From: Eledone cirrhosa
Lineage: Eukaryota
Length of the DNA stretch: 64,000 nt
NCBI GenBank assembly: GCA_964016885.1
Contig: OZ024760.1
Coordinates: 29,884,001 to 29,948,000 of the forward strand
Direction of reading: 5' to 3'
This document shows, piece by piece, positions 29,173 through 42,100 of the stretch. Position 1 is the first letter of the stretch; each line of letters starts with the position of its first letter. The position numbers and the translations under genes were made by a program. The notes beneath the pieces are model-generated. The model saw nothing but the letters and a program-made list of their open reading frames with translations, ran no database searches and had not been told where the DNA came from.

Positions 29173-32100
29173 TGTAATGTAATGTAATGTAATGTAATGT
29201 AATGTAATGTAATTTTTAATGTAACGTAATGTAATTTAATGTAATGTAATCTGTAATGTAATGTAATGTAATGAAAATGTAATGTAATGTGTAATGTAAT
29301 GTGTAATGTAATGTAATGTGTAATGTAATGTAATGTAATGTAATGTTTAATGTAATGTAATGTAATGTAATGTATTTTTTAATGTAATGTAATGTAATGT
29401 AATGTAATTTAATGTGTAATGTAATGTAATGTAATGTAATGTAATGTAATGTAGTGTAATGTAATGAAATGTAATGTAATGTTTAATGAGATGTAATGTA
29501 ATGTAATGTAATGTTTAATGTAATGTAATGTGTAATATAATGTAATGTAATGTAATGTGTAATGTAGTGTAATATAATGTAATGTAATGTGTAATGTAAT
29601 GTAATGTAATGTAACGTAATGTAATGTAATGTAATGTGTAATGTAATGTAATGTAATGTGTAATGTAATGTAATGTAATGTAATGTAATGTGTAATGTAA
29701 TGTAATGTAATGTAATGTAATGTAATGTAATGTGTAATGTAATGTAATGTAATGTAATGTAATGTAATGTAATTTGTAATGTAATGTAATGTAGTGTAAT
29801 GTAATGTGTAATGTAATTTAATGTAATGTAATGTAATGTAATGTAATGTAATGTAATGTAATGTGTAATGTAATGTAATGTAATGTAATGTGTAATGTAA
29901 TGTAATGTAATGTAATGTAATGTAATGTGTAATGTAATGTAATGTAATGTAATGTAATGTAATGTAATGTAATGTGTAATGTAATGTAATGTAATGTGTA
30001 ATGTAATTTAATGTAATGTAATGTAACGTAATTTAATGTAATGTAATGTAATGTAATGTAATATGTAATGTAATGTAGTGTAATGTAATTTAATGTAATG
30101 TCTAATGTAATGTAATGTAATGTCATGTAATGTAACGTGTAATATAATATAATGTAATGTAACGTAATGTGTAATGTAATGTAATGTAATGTAATGTAAT
30201 GTATCATGTAGTGTAATGTAATGTAATGTAATGTAATATGTAATGTAATGTAATGTGTAATGTAGTGTAATGTAATGTAATGTAATGTGTAATGTAATGT
30301 AATGTAATGTTATGTAATGTAATGTAATGTAATGTAATGTAATGTAATGTAATGTAATGTAATGTAATGTAATGTAATGTAATGTAATGTAATGTAATGT
30401 AATGTAATGTAATGTAATGTAATGTAATGTGTAATGTGTAATGTAATGTAATGTAATCTAATGTAACGTAATGTAATGTAATGTGTAATGTAATGTAATG
30501 TAATGTAATGTAATGTAATGTAATGTGTAATGTAATGTAATGTAATGTAATGTAATGTGTAATGTAATGTAATGTAATGTAATGTAACGTGTAATGTAAT
30601 GTAACGTAATGTCTAATGTAATGTAATGTAATGTAATGTAAAGTAATGTGTAATGTAATGTAGTGTAATGTAATGTAATGTAATGTGTAATGTAATATAA
30701 TGTATAATGTAATGTAATGTAATGTAATGTGTAATGTAATGTAATGTAATGTAATGTGTAATGTAATGTAATGTAATGTAATGTAATGTGTAATGTAATG
30801 TAATGTAATGTAATGTAATGTAATGTAATGTGTAATGTAATGTAATGTAATGTAATGTGTAATGTAATGTAATGTAATGTATTGTAATGTAATGTGTAAT
30901 GTAATGTAATGTAATGTAGTGTGTAATGTAATGTAATGTAATGTAGTGTGTAATGTAATGTAATGTAATGTAATGTAATGTGTAACGTAATGTGTAATGT
31001 AATGTAATGTAATGTAATGTAATGTAATGTAATGTGTAATGCAATGTAATGTGCAATGTAATGTAATGTAATGTAATTTAATGTAATGTAATGTAATGTG
31101 TAATGTAATGTAATGTAATGTGTAATGTAATGTAATGTAATGTAATGTAATGTCATGTAATGTAATGTGTAATGTAATGTAATGTAATGTAATGTAATGT
31201 AATGTAATGTGATGTGTAATGTAATGTAATGTAATGTAATGTGTAATGTAGTGTAATGTAATGTAATGTAATGTAATGTAATGTAATGTAATGTAATGTA
31301 ATGTAATGTGATGTGTAATGTAATGTAATGTAATGTAATGTGTAATGTAGTGTAACGTAATGTAATGTAATGTAATGTAATGTAATGTGTAATGTAATGT
31401 GTAATGTAATGTAATGTAATGTAATGTAATATATGTAATGTAATGTAATGCAATGTAATGTAATGTGTAATGTAATGTAATGTAATGTGTAATGTAATGT
31501 AATGTAATGTAATGTAATGTAATGTAATGTAATGTGTAATGTAATGTAATCTAATGAGTAATGTAAAGTAATGTAATGTAATGTAATGTAATGTAATGTA
31601 ATGTAATGTAATGTGTAATGTAATGTAATCTAATGTAGTGTGTAATGTAATGTAATGTTATGTAATGTGTAATGTAATGTAATGTAATGTGTAATGTAAT
31701 GTAATGTAATGTAATGTAATGTAATGTAATTAATGTAATGTGTAATGTAATGTAATGTAATGTAATGTAATGTAATTTAATGTGTAATGTAATGTAATGT
31801 GTAATATAATGTAATGTAATGTAATGTAATGTAATGTGTAATGTAATGTAATGTAATGTAATGTAACGTGTAATGTAATGTAATGTAATGTAATGTGTAA
31901 TGTAATGTAATGTAATGTAATGTAATGTGTAATGTAATGTAATGTAATGTAATGTAATGTAATGTGTAATGTAATGTGTAACGTAATGTAATGTAATGTA
32001 ATGTGTAATGTAATGTAATGTAATGTAATGTAATGTAATCTAATGTAATGTAATGTAATGTAATGTGTAATGTAATGTAATGTAATGTAATGTGTAATGT

Positions 32101-33420
32101 AATGTAATGTAATGAAATGTAATGTAAAGTAATGTAATGTAATGTGTAATGTAATGTAATGTGTAATGTAATGTAATGTAATGTAATGTAATGTGTAATG
32201 TAATGTAACGTGTAATGTAATGTAATGTAATGTGTAATGTAATGTAATGTAATGTAATGTAATGTAATGTGTAATGTAATGTAATGTAATGTAATATAAT
32301 GTAATGTAATGTAATGTAATGTAATGTAATATAATGTAATGTAATGTAATGTGTAATGTAATGTAATGTAATGTAGTGTGTAACGTAATGTAATGTAATG
32401 TAATGTAATGTAATGTACTGTAATGTGTAATGTAATGTAATGTAATGTAATGTGTAATGTAATGTAATGTAATATAATGTAATGTAATGTGTAATGTAAT
32501 GTAATGTAATGTAATGTGTAATGTAATGTAATGTAATGTAGTGTGTAATGTAAAGTAATATATGTAATGTAATATAATGTAATGTAAAGTAATATATGTA
32601 ATGTAATGTAATGTAATGTGTAATGCAATGTAATGTAACGTAATGTAATGTGTAATGTAATGTAATGTAATGTAATGTGTAATGTAATGTAATGTGTAAT
32701 GTAATGTAATGTAATATAATGTAATGTAATGTAATGTAACGTGTAATATAATGTAATGTAATGTAACGTGTAATGTAATGTAATGTAATGTAATGTGTAA
32801 TGTGTAATGTAATGTAATGTAATGTGTAATGTAATGTAATGTAATGTAATGTAATGTAATGTGTAATGTAATGTAATGTAATGTAGTGTGTAATGTAATG
32901 TAATGTAATGTAATGTGTAATGTAATGTAATGTAATGTAATGTAATGTGTAATGTAATGTAACGTAACGTAATGTAATGTGTAATGTAATGTAATGTAAT
33001 GTAATGTAATGTGTAACGTAATGTAATATGTAATGTGTAATGTAATGTAATGTAATATAATATAATGTAATGTAATGTAATGTAATATAATGTAATGTGT
33101 AATGAAATGTAATGTAATGTAATGTAATGTAATGTAATGTAATGTGTAATGTAATGTAGTGTGTAATGTAATGTAATGTAATGTAATGTGTAATGTAATG
33201 TAATGTAATGTAATGTGTAAGGTAATGTAATGTAATGTAATGTAATGTGTAATGTAATGTAATGTGTAATGTAATGTAATGTAATTTGTAATGTACTGTA
33301 ATCTAATGTAATGTAATGTAATGTAATGTAATGTGAAATGTAATGTAATGTAATGGAATGTGTAATGTAATGTGTAATGTAATGTGTATTGTAATGTAAT
33401 GTATTGTAATGTAATGTAAT
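29173..33420. repeat. (GTAAT)n satellite between SINE copies 1 and 2
   Basis: GTAAT units with variants; includes a long pure run at about 30314-30430. Confidence 0.97.
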
Positions 33421-33607
33421 TGTTTCTAATTTAGGCACAAGGGAAGCAATTACCCTGTGCATTAGTGGTACTTTATTTTATCGACCCCGTAAAGATGAAA
33501 AGTAAAGTCAACCTGGTTGGGATTTGAACTCAGATCGTAAAGGGACGTAACTATGCTGGAAAGCATGGGGTCCGACCCTTTACCGATACTGCCAAACCAC
33601 TGCCGTT
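33421..33607 (-). mobile_element. tRNA-derived SINE-like element, copy 2 (187 bp)
   Basis: Ungapped alignment to the other copies; 7 substitutions from the four-copy majority consensus; A and B boxes intact. Confidence 0.85.
33519..33594 (-). promoter_or_regulatory. Internal Pol III promoter of copy 2 (A box 33583-33594, B box 33519-33531)
   Basis: Plus-strand CCGATACTGCCA and GGGATTTGAACTC, identical to copy 1. Confidence 0.72.
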
Positions 33608-34831
33608 TGTAATGTAATGTACTGTAATGTAATGTAAGGTAATGTAATGTAATTTTTAATGTAATGTAATGTAATTTAATGTAATGTAACGTGTAATGTA
33701 ATGTAATGTAATGAAAATGTAATGTAATGTGTAATGTAATGTGTAATGTAATGTAATGTGTAATGTAATGTAATGTAATGTAATGTGTAATGTAATGTAA
33801 TGTAATGTAATGTAATGTAATGTTTAATGTAGTGTAATGTAATGTAATGTAATGTAATGTTTAATGTAGTGTAATGTAATGTAATGTAATGTAATGTAAT
33901 GTTTAATGTAGTGTAATGTAATGTAATGTAATGTAACGTGTAATGTAATGTAATGTAATATAATGTAATCTAATGTAATGTAATGTAATGTAATGTAATG
34001 TGTAATGTAATGTAATGAAATGTAGTGTGTAATGTAATGTAATGTAATGTAATGTGTAATGTAATGTAATGTAATGTAATGTGTAATATAATGTAATGTA
34101 ATGTAATGTAACGTGTAATATAATGTAATGTAATGTAACGTGTAACGTAATGTAATGTAATGTAATGTAATGTAATGTGTAAGGTAATGTAATGTAATGT
34201 AATGTAATGTAATGTGTAATGTGTAATGTAATGTAATGTAATGTAATGTAATGTGTAATGTAATGTAATGTAATGTAATGTAATGTAATGTGTAATGTAA
34301 TGTAATGTAATGTAGTGTGTAATGTAATGTAATGTAATGTGTAATGTAATGTAACGTAATGTAATGTAATGTGTAATGAAATGTAATGTAATGTAATGTA
34401 ATGTGTAATGTAATGTAATGTGTAATGTGTAATGTAATGTAATGTAATATAATGTAATGTAATGTAATGTGTAATGAAATGTAATGTAATGTAATGTAAT
34501 GTATAATGTAATGTAATGTAATGTAGTGTGTAATGTAATGTAATGTAATGTGTAATGTAATGTAATGTGTAATGTAATGTAATGTAATGTGTAAGGTAAT
34601 GTAATGTAATGTAATGTGTAATGTAATGTAATGTTATGTAATGTGTAATGTAATGTAATTTAATGTAATGTAATGTAATGTGTAATGTAATGTAATGTGT
34701 AATGTAATGTAATGTAATTTGTAATGTACTGTAATCTAATGTAATGTAATGTAATGTAATGTAATGTGTAATGTAATGTAATGTAATGTGTAATGTAATG
34801 TAATGTAATGTGTATTGTAATGTAATGTAAT
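33608..34831. repeat. (GTAAT)n satellite between SINE copies 2 and 3
   Basis: GTAAT units with variants, including the GAAAAT marker and a triplicated GTTTAATGTAGTGTAAT block near 33822-33917. Confidence 0.97.
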
Positions 34832-35018
34832 TGTTTCTAATTTAGGCACAAGGGCAGCAATTACCCTGTGCATTAGTGGTACTTTATTTTATCGACCCCG
34901 TAAGGATGAAAAGCAAAGTCAACCTCGTTGGGATTTGAACTCAGATCGTAAAGCGACGTAACTATGCTGGAAAGCATGGCGTCCGACCCTCTACCGATAC
35001 TGCCAAACCACCGCCGTT
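34832..35018 (-). mobile_element. tRNA-derived SINE-like element, copy 3 (187 bp, closest to consensus)
   Basis: Ungapped alignment; a single substitution from the four-copy majority consensus; A and B boxes intact. Confidence 0.85.
34930..35005 (-). promoter_or_regulatory. Internal Pol III promoter of copy 3 (A box 34994-35005, B box 34930-34942)
   Basis: Same A and B box sequences as copies 1 and 2. Confidence 0.72.
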
Positions 35019-35944
35019 TGTAATGTAATGTAATGTAATGTAATGTAATGTAATGTAATGTAATGTAATGTAATGTAATGTAATGTAATGTAATGTAATG
35101 TAATGTAATGTAATGTAATGTAATGTAATGTAATGTAATGTAATGTAATGTAACGTAACGTAATGTAATGTAATGTAATGTAATGTAATGTAATGTAATG
35201 TAATGTAATGTAATGTAATTTAATGTAATGTAATGTGTAATGTAATGTAATGTAATGAAAATGTAATGTAATGTGTAATGTAATGTAATGTGTAATGTAA
35301 TGTAATGTGTGATGTAATGTAATGTAATGTAATGTAATGTAATGTTTAATGTAGTGTAATGTAATGTAATGTAATGTAATGTAATGTAATGTAATGTGTA
35401 ATGTAATGTAATGTAATATAATGTAATGTAATGTAATGTTTAATGTAGTGTAATGTAATGTAATGTAATGTAATGTAATGTTTAATGTAGTGTAATGTAA
35501 TGTAATGTAATGTAATGTAATGTGTAATGTAATGTAATGTAATATAATGTAATGTAATGTAATGTAATGTAATGTAATGTAATGTGTAATGTAATGAAAT
35601 GTAGTGTGTAATGTAATGTAATGTAATGTAATGTGTAACGTAATGTAATGTAATGTGTAATGTAATGTAATGTAATGTAATGTGTAAGGTAATGTAATGT
35701 AATGTAATGTAATGTGTAATGTAATGTAATGTAATGTGTAATTTAATGTAATTTAATGTAATGTAATGTAATGTAATGTGTAATGTAATGTAATGTAATG
35801 TAATTTGTAATGTACTGTAATCTAATGGAATGTAATGTAATGTAATGTGTAATGTAATGTAATGTAATGGAATGTATAATGTAATGTGTAATGTAATGTA
35901 ATGTAATGTGTATTGTAATTTAATGTATTGTAATGTAATGTAAT
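35019..35944. repeat. (GTAAT)n satellite between SINE copies 3 and 4
   Basis: Starts with 26 perfect GTAAT units (35020-35149), then the same variant order seen after the other copies. Confidence 0.97.
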
Positions 35945-36131
35945 TGTTTCTAATTTAGGCACAAGGGCAGCAATTACCCTGTGCATTAGTGGTACTTTAT
36001 TTTATCGACCCCGTAAGGATGAAAAGCAAAGTCAACCTCGCTGGGATTTGAACTCAGATCGTAAAGGGACGTAACTATGATAGAAAGCATGGCGTCCGAC
36101 CCTCTACCGATACTGCCAATCCAACGCCGTT
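35945..36131 (-). mobile_element. tRNA-derived SINE-like element, copy 4 (187 bp)
   Basis: Ungapped alignment; 5 substitutions from the four-copy majority consensus; A and B boxes intact. Confidence 0.85.
36043..36118 (-). promoter_or_regulatory. Internal Pol III promoter of copy 4 (A box 36107-36118, B box 36043-36055)
   Basis: Same A and B box sequences as the other copies. Confidence 0.72.
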
Positions 36132-39100
36132 TGTAATGTAATGTAATGTAATGTAATGTAATGTAATGTAATGTAATGTAATGTAATGTAATGTAATGTA
36201 ATGTAATGTAATGTAATGTAATGTAATGTAATTTTTAATGTAACGTAATGTAATATAATGTAATGTAATGTGTAATGTAATGTAATGTAATGAAAATGTA
36301 ATGTAATGTGTAATGTAATGTGTAATGTAATGTAATGTGTAATGTATTGTAATGTAATGTAATGTAATGTAATGTAATGTGTAATGTAATGTAATGTAAT
36401 GTAATGTTTAATGTAGTGTAATGTAATGTAATGTAATGTAATGTAATGTTTAATGTAATGTAATGTAATGTAATGTAATTTTTAATGTAATGTAATGTAA
36501 TGTGATGTAATGTAATTTAATGTGTAATGTAATATAATGTAATGTAACGAAATGTAGTGTAATGTAATGAAATGTAATGTAATGTGTAATGTAATGTAAT
36601 GTAATGTAATATAATGTAATGTAACGTGTAATGTAATGTAATGTAATGTAATGTGTAATATAATGTAATGTAATGTAATGTAGTGTGTAATGTAATGTAA
36701 GGTAATGTGTAATGTGTAATGTAATGTAATGTAATGTAATATGTAATGTAATGTAATGTAATGTAATGTAATGTAATGTAATGTGTAATGTAATGTAATG
36801 TAATGTAATGTAATGTAATGTGTAATGTAATGTAATGTGTAATGTAATGAAATGTAATGTAATGTGTAATGTAATGTAATGTAACGTGTAATGTAATGTA
36901 ATGTAATGTAATGTAATGTGTAATGTAATGTAATGTAATGTAATGTAATGTGTAATGTAATGTAATGTAATGTAATATAATGTAATGTAATGTAATGTGA
37001 AATGTAATGTAATGTAATGTAGTGTGTAATGTAATGTAATGTAATATAACGTAATGTAATGTAATGTGTAATGTAATGTAATGTAATGTAGTGTGTAATG
37101 TAATGTAATGTAATGTAATGTAATGTAATGTACTGTAATGTGTAATGTAATGTAATGTAATGTGTAATGTAATGTAATGTAATATAATGTAATGTAACGT
37201 GTAATGTAATGTAATGTAATGTAATGTGTAATGTAATGTAATGTAATGTAGTGTGTAATGTAATGTAATGTAATATAATGTAATGTAACGTAATGTAATG
37301 TAATGTAATGTAATGTAATATAATATAATGCGTAATGTAATGTAATGTAATGTAATGTGTAATGTAATGTAATGTAATGTAATGTAACGTAATTTAATGT
37401 AATGTAATGTAATGTAATGTAATTTGTAATGTAATGTAATGTAATGTGTAAAGTAATGTAATGGAAAGTGTAATGTAATGTAATGTAATGTAATGTCATG
37501 TAATGTGTAATGTAGTGTAATGTAATGTAATGTAATGTAATGTAATGTGTAATGTAATGTGTAACGTAATGTAATGTAATGTAATGTAAAGTAATATATG
37601 TAATGTAATGTAATGTAATGTAATCTAATGTAATGTAATGTAATGTGTAATGTAATGTAATGTAACGTAATGTAATGTGTAATGTAATGTAATGTAATGT
37701 GTAATGTAATGTAATGTAATGTAATGTGTAATGTAATGTAATGTAATGTAATGTAATGTGTAATGTAATGTAATGTGTAATGTAATGTAATGTAATATAA
37801 TGTAATGTAATGTAATGTAACGTGTAATATAATGTAATGTAATGTAACATGTAATGTAATGTAATGTAATGTAATGTAATGTAATGTGTAAGGTAATGTA
37901 ATGTAATGTAATGTAATGTAATGTAATGTGTAATGTGTAATGTAATGTAATGTAATGTGTAATGTAATGTAATGTAATATGTAATGTAATGTAGTGTGTA
38001 ATGTAATGTAATGTAATGTAATGTAATGTGTAATGTAATGTAATATAATGTAGTGTGTAATGTAATGTAATGTAATGTAATGTGTAATGTAATGTAATGT
38101 AATGTAATGTAATGTGTAATGTAATGTAACGTAATGTAATGTAATGTGTAATGTAATGTAATGTAATGTAATGTAATGTAACGTGTAATGTAATGTAATG
38201 TAATGTAATGTGTAATGTAATGTAATGTAATGTAGTGTGTAATTTAATGTAATGTGTAATGTAATGTAATGAAATGTAATGTAATGTAATGTGTAATGTA
38301 ATGTAATATAATGTAATGTGTAAGGTAATGTAATGTAATGTAATGTAATGTGTAATGTAATGAAATTTAATGTAATGTGTAATGTAATGTAATGTGTAAT
38401 GTAATGTAATATAATGTAATGTGTAAGGTAATGTAATGTAATGTAATGTAATGTGTAATGTAATGTAATGTAATGTAATGTGTAATGTAATGTAATGTGT
38501 AATGTAATGTAATGTAATGTAATTTGTAATGTACTGTAATCTAATGTAATGTAATGTAATGTAATGTAATGTGTAATGTAATGTAATGTAATGGAATGTG
38601 TACTGTAATGTGTAATGTAATGTAATGTAATGTAATGTAATGTGTAATGTAATGAAATGTAATGTAATGTGTAATGTAATGTAATGTAATGTAATTTAAT
38701 GTAATGTATTGTAATGTGTAGTGTAATGTAATGTAATGTAATGTAATGAAATGTAATGTTTAATGTAATGTAATGTAATGTAATGTAATGTAATGTAATG
38801 TAATGTAATGTAATGTAATGTAATGTAATGTGTAATGTAATGTAATATAATGTAATGTAATGTGTAATGTAATGTGTAATGTATTGTAATGTAATGTAAT
38901 GTAATATAAGGTGTAATGTAATGTAATGTAATGTAATGTGTAATGTAATGTAATGTAATGTGTAATGTAATGTAATGTAATGTAATGTAATGTGTATGTA
39001 ATGTAATGTAATGTAATGTAACGTAATGTAATGTAATGTAATGTAACGTAATGTAATGTAATGTAATGTAATGTGTAATGTAATGTAATGTGTAATGTAA

Positions 39101-42100
39101 TGTAATGTGTAATGTATTGTAATGTAATGTAATGTAATGTAATGTAATGTGTAATGTAATGTAATGTAATGTAATGTTTAATGTAGTGTAATGTAATGTA
39201 ATGTAATGTAATGTAATGTTTAATGTAATGTAATGTAATGTAATGTAATTTTTAATGTAATGTAATGTAATGTGATGTAATGTAATTTAATGTGTAATGT
39301 AATATAATGTAATGTAACGTAATGTAGTGTAATGTAATGAAATGTAATGTAATGTGTAATGTAATGTAATGTAATGTAATATAATGTAATGTAACGTGTA
39401 ATGTAATGTAATGTAATGTAATGTGTAATATAATGTAATGTAATGTAATGTAGTGTGTAATGTAATGTAAGGTAATGTGTAATGTGTAATGTAATGTAAT
39501 GTAATGTAATATGTAATGTAATGTAATGTAATGTAATGTAATGTAATGTAATGTAATGTAATGTGTAATGTAATGTAATGTAATGTAATGTAATGTAATG
39601 TAATGTAATGTGTAATGTAATGTAATGTGTAATGTAATGAAATGTAATGTAATGTGTAATGTAATGTAATGTAACGTGTAATGTAATGTAATGTAATGTA
39701 ATGTAATGTGTAATGTAATGTAATGTAATGTAATGTAATGTGTAATGTAATGTAATGTAATGTAATATAATGTAATGTAATGTAATGTGTAATGTAATGT
39801 AATGTAATGTAGTGTGTAATGTAATGTAATGTAATATAACGTAATGTAATGTAATGTGTAATGTAATGTAATGTAATGTAGTGTGTAATGTAATGTAATG
39901 TAATGTAATGTAATGTAATGTACTGTAATGTGTAATGTAATGTAATGTAATGTGTAATGTAATGTAATGTAATATAATGTAATGTAACGTGTAATGTAAT
40001 GTAATGTAATGTAATGTGTAATGTAATGTAATGTAATGTAGTGTGTAATGTAATGTAATGTAATATAATGTAATGTAACGTAATGTAATGTAATGTAATG
40101 TAATGTAATATAATATAATGCGTAATGTAATGTAATGTAATGTAATGTGTAATGTAATGTAATGTAATGTAATGTAACGTAATTTAATGTAATGTAATGT
40201 AATGTAATGTAATTTGTAATGTAATGTAATGTAATGTGTAAAGTAATGTAATGGAAAGTGTAATGTAATGTAATGTAATGTAATGTCATGTAATGTGTAA
40301 TGTAGTGTAATGTAATGTAATGTAATGTAATGTAATGTGTAATGTAATGTGTAACGTAATGTAATGTAAAGTAATATATGTAATGTAATGTAATGTAATG
40401 TAATGTAATGTGTAATGTAATGTAATGTAACGTAATGTAATGTGTAATGTAATGTAATGTAATGTGTAATGTAATGTAATGTAATGTAATGTGTAATGTA
40501 ATGTAATGTAATGTAATGTAATGTGTAATGTAATGTAATGTGTAATGTAATGTAATGTAATATAATGTAATGTAATGTAACGTGTAATATAATGTAATGT
40601 AATGTAACGTGTAATGTAATGTAATGTAATGTAATGTAATGTAATGTAATGTGTAAGGTAATGTAATGTAATGTAATGTAATGTAATGTAATGTGTAATG
40701 TGTAATGTAATGTAATGTAATGTGTAATGTAATGTAATGTAATATGTAATGTAATGTAGTGTGTAATGTAATGTAATGTAATGTAATGTAATGTGTAATG
40801 TAATGTAATATAATGTAGTGTGTAATGTAATGTAATGTAATGTAATGTGTAATGTAATGTAATGTAATGTAATGTAATGTAATGTAATGTGTAATGTAAT
40901 GTAACGTAATGTAATGTAATGTGTAATGTAATGTAATGTAATGTAATGTAATGTAACGTGTAATGTAATGTAATGTAATGTAATATGTAATGTAATGTAA
41001 TGTAATGTAGTGTGTAATTTAATGTAATGTGTAATGTAATGTAATGAAATGTAATGTAATGTAATGTGTAATGTAATGTAATATAATGTAATGTGTAAGG
41101 TAATGTAATGTAATGTAATGTAATGTGTAATGTAATGTAATGTAATGTAATGTGTAATGTAATGTAATGTGTAATGTAATGTAATGAAATGTGTAATGTA
41201 ATGTAATGTAATGTAATGTAATGTGTATGTAATGTAATGTAATGTAATGTAACGTAATGTAATGTAATGTAATGTAATGTGTAATGTAATGTAATGTACT
41301 GTAATGTAATGTAATGTAATGTAATGTAATGTAATGTAATGTGTAATGTAATGTAATGTAATGTATGATGCAATGTAATGTAATGTAATGTAATGTAATG
41401 TAATGTAATGTAATGTAATGTAATGTGTAATGTAATGTAATGTAATGTAATGTAATGTAATGTAATGTGTAATGTAACGTAATGTAACGTAATGTAATGT
41501 AATGTGTAACGTAATTTAATGTAATGTAATGTAATGTAATGTAATTTGATGTAATGTAATGTACTGTAATGTAATGTAATGTAATGTAATATGTAATGTA
41601 ATGTAATGTAATGTAATTTAATGTAATGTCTAACGTAATGTAATGTGTAAGGTAATGTAAAGTAATGTAACGTAATGTGTAATGTAACGTAATGTAATGT
41701 ATTGTGTCATGTAGTGTAATGTAATGTAATGTAATATGTAATGTAATGTAATGTGTAATGTAATGTAATGTAATGTAATGTAATGTAATGTAATGTAATG
41801 TGTAATGTAATGTAATGTAATGTGTTATAATGTAATGTAATGTAATGTAATGTAACGTAATGTAATGTAATGTGTAATGTGTAATGTAATGTAATGTAAT
41901 GTAATGTGTAATGTAATGTAATGTAATGCAATGTAATGTAATGTGTAATGTAATGTAATGTAACGTGTAATGTAATGTAATGTAATGTAATGTAATGTAA
42001 TGAATGTATAATGTAATGTAATGTAATGTAATGTGTAATGTAATGTAATGTAATGTAATGTAATGTGTAATGTAATGTAATGTAATGTAATGTTTAATGT

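Noticed and set aside
28976-29183. Target-site duplication flanking the SINE
   Set aside because: Both flanks are GTAAT repeats, so any apparent duplication cannot be told apart from the array itself.
28707-29187. ORFs overlapping the insert (60 aa on +; MYRVIAAIVPKLET- and MHRVIASLVPKLET-led ORFs on -)
   Set aside because: They are translations of SINE sequence running into satellite. The plus-strand ATG exists only in copy 1, and the minus-strand ORFs end at arbitrary variant-created stops.
29173-29213. Match to the (TGTAA)n 3' tail of eel UnaL2/UnaSINE
   Set aside because: The element here is on the minus strand, so its 3' side reads (TTACA)n, the reverse complement of that tail; the match is probably coincidental.
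28986-36131. CRISPR-like array of repeats and spacers
   Set aside because: The 187-bp units are too long and divergent, the intervals are 0.9-4.2 kb of satellite rather than unique spacers, and no cas genes are present.
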